Shown: positions 62,099-64,000 of the stretch, one piece after another
Layout: each line of letters opens with the position of its first letter
Position numbering within the stretch: position 1 is the first letter of the stretch
Assembly: GCA_951406725.2 (NCBI GenBank)
Contig: OX597818.1
Location: forward strand, 49,786,001 to 49,850,000
DNA from: Octopus vulgaris
Taxonomy: Eukaryota
Direction of reading: 5' to 3'
DNA length: 64,000 nucleotides
Program-made: the position numbers and the translations under genes
The notes under the pieces: generated by a model
Told to the model about the DNA's origin: nothing
Databases searched by the model: none
The model's input: the letters and a program-made list of their open reading frames with translations, nothing else

Positions 62099-63118
62099 GA
62101 CTAAGACATCTATAAACTAAAAACATTCAATAACAAGGCCACATGACGGGGTACTTCCAGTTACGTAAGAGCAAAATAACAAACTTACGAACGATGGAAT
62201 AGTTACCGTGGCTTATATCAACACCAATAAACGATTATTAACCATTTTATGGATTATAGAAGAAAGGTGATGTTTATCTTGATGGATTCGAGCTCAACAC
62301 ATAAAGGGACGCAACTAAACACCGCAAGACATCTTCGACGCTCTACCGACTTTTCCGCTCTATCGGCATTTCTTAGATCTCTTGGATTCTATCAACATTT
62401 AATATTGGTGTGACTGGACTCAGCTGTTGACGACATCCAGCTTCTTTTGTGTGCATGACACATATTTCATAACTGATTATCTTTCATATTTTTTTATTTA
62501 CGGCAGCTACAGCTACATACACATTTATCAGGTTTGTAAAAAAGATAAGACATTCGACAAATGAATATCTTGTGGTGGTTAGTAATGAAGACACGTAGCA
62601 AAGGGAGACAAAGATGAGGCAATTAAATCAGACAATGGTAAGTCTCACAGATCATATTAGAAACGTGTTTAAGTAAAAAATCTTTTGTCGAGGGGGAAGA
62701 AATTCAACGAAGCATTAATCTCTGTAATCGTTGCAAAATAAATTGTAAAAGAAAAAAATAAACCAAATTGGTATTTTCTGTTAAATGTCAAATGGTTTGT
62801 TAGAATGGTTTATATAGTCCACATCATAAAAGGTTAAATGAGAATTTATGAGGTTTAGGACTTTCTGAAAGGAACTAACGGCTTAAGTAAGGAAATTCCA
62901 ACTAGATAAATTGACACCTGTTAACATAGTTCGCCAAGAACTTGCCATTAATACAAGTGTGAGATAAAATATAGTAAACCACGTACACTATATATATATA
63001 TATATATATATATATCGGAGTAAGCACATAAATGTGAAACTAGGTGGAAAAAAGAGTACTCAAATACCAGAGGTAGAGTAATATGCTTTATTTAAAAGCA
63101 GCAGAAATATAACAAAAG

Positions 63119-63156
63119 CTGTTACTCAGAGTTTCACGTTCCCGTTCGTCGGACAG
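63119..63156 (-). ncRNA. Minimal type I hammerhead-ribozyme-like motif
   Basis: CTGT-CCGACGA-ACG-GGAA-CGT-GAAA-CTC-T-GAG-TA-ACAG: all three stems pair; U4C core change. Confidence 0.55.
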
Positions 63157-63202
<46 letters not shown>

Positions 63203-64000
63203 AGATACAAATGATTGATATCGCTCGCTCAGTATCATACTCTGGTAGATATTTGGGGGGAGGGGATTACCCTATGAATTTCAGATTATAATTAGGAAAG
63301 GAGATGGTGTGATTTATTAGCTAACATGAAAGAAGCGAATTCAAAGACCCAATCTTCGGCGAGGCGACAACACTATGACTACTACTACTACTAATAATAA
63401 TAATAATAATTATAATTTAGGCACAAGGCCAGCAATTTCGAGGGTGAATAGAAGTCGATTACATCGACACCAGTGAAGATACAACTGATACTTATTCTAT
63501 CGATCCCGAAAGGGTGAAAGATAAAGTCGACCTCGGTGGCATTTGAACTCGGAACGTAGAGAGCTAAAACGACCACTACCACTTACAGTAATAACAATCG
63601 TGGTCATATGCCACGAAAGCAACAGGTAAGAGGGCATTACAAGAATAGTAACAACAAGAATAATAATTAATAGGGTATGCTAAGTAGTGAGATAGAGTAG
63701 GTGGTGTCCAATGAATTACTAATTGAATCTCTTCGTACCGAAGAGAATCTTTGATAACCTTTACAGAAGTTGATGATAGAATATGATATAAAAACTGACA
63801 GAAAACTAAACTGTAGTATATGGAATTAAATTGGTTTACAAATTGAAATCTCAAGCGTTAATTCGATACAGCTGATGTAACTTGTGACTATATCTGCAAT
63901 ATCGTATAATGTCATAATGAATACGAACTAGATCCAAAAATATGAAAGGTCTGCATAATGATATGTATACAGAATTAAGTTTCTTGGACACTATTCATAG

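Overview
AT-rich eukaryotic (animal) genomic DNA. The SINE families and (TA)n/(CA)n/(GAT)n microsatellites suggest an octopus genome (inference). Most of the window is one minus-strand gene, the COPII outer-coat subunit Sec31. I assembled 23 coding exons by hand (57482 down to 3547; 3279 nt, 1093 codons, all GT-AG introns, frame continuous). They encode the N-terminal WD40 propeller, the ACE1 solenoid, a polyQ and Q/N/S/Y-rich linker, and two WNDPP motifs; the C-terminus lies beyond position 1. Introns and the upstream region are dense with transposons: tRNA-headed SINEs, a (GAT)n-tailed minisatellite-bearing repeat, piggyBac-, hAT-, mariner- and GGATC-ended MITEs, Helitrons, a decayed Tc1, LINE fragments and a 32-bp minisatellite. 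The most unusual signals are (1) a 48-nt frame-preserving micro-exon that duplicates the WNDPP Sar1/Sec23 GAP-stimulating motif and (2) several fold-back elements carrying minimal hammerhead-ribozyme-like cores with non-canonical variants, plus a Penelope-type GIY-YIG remnant. Almost all ORFs in the supplied track are spurious. All alignments were done by eye; repeat boundaries are approximate.
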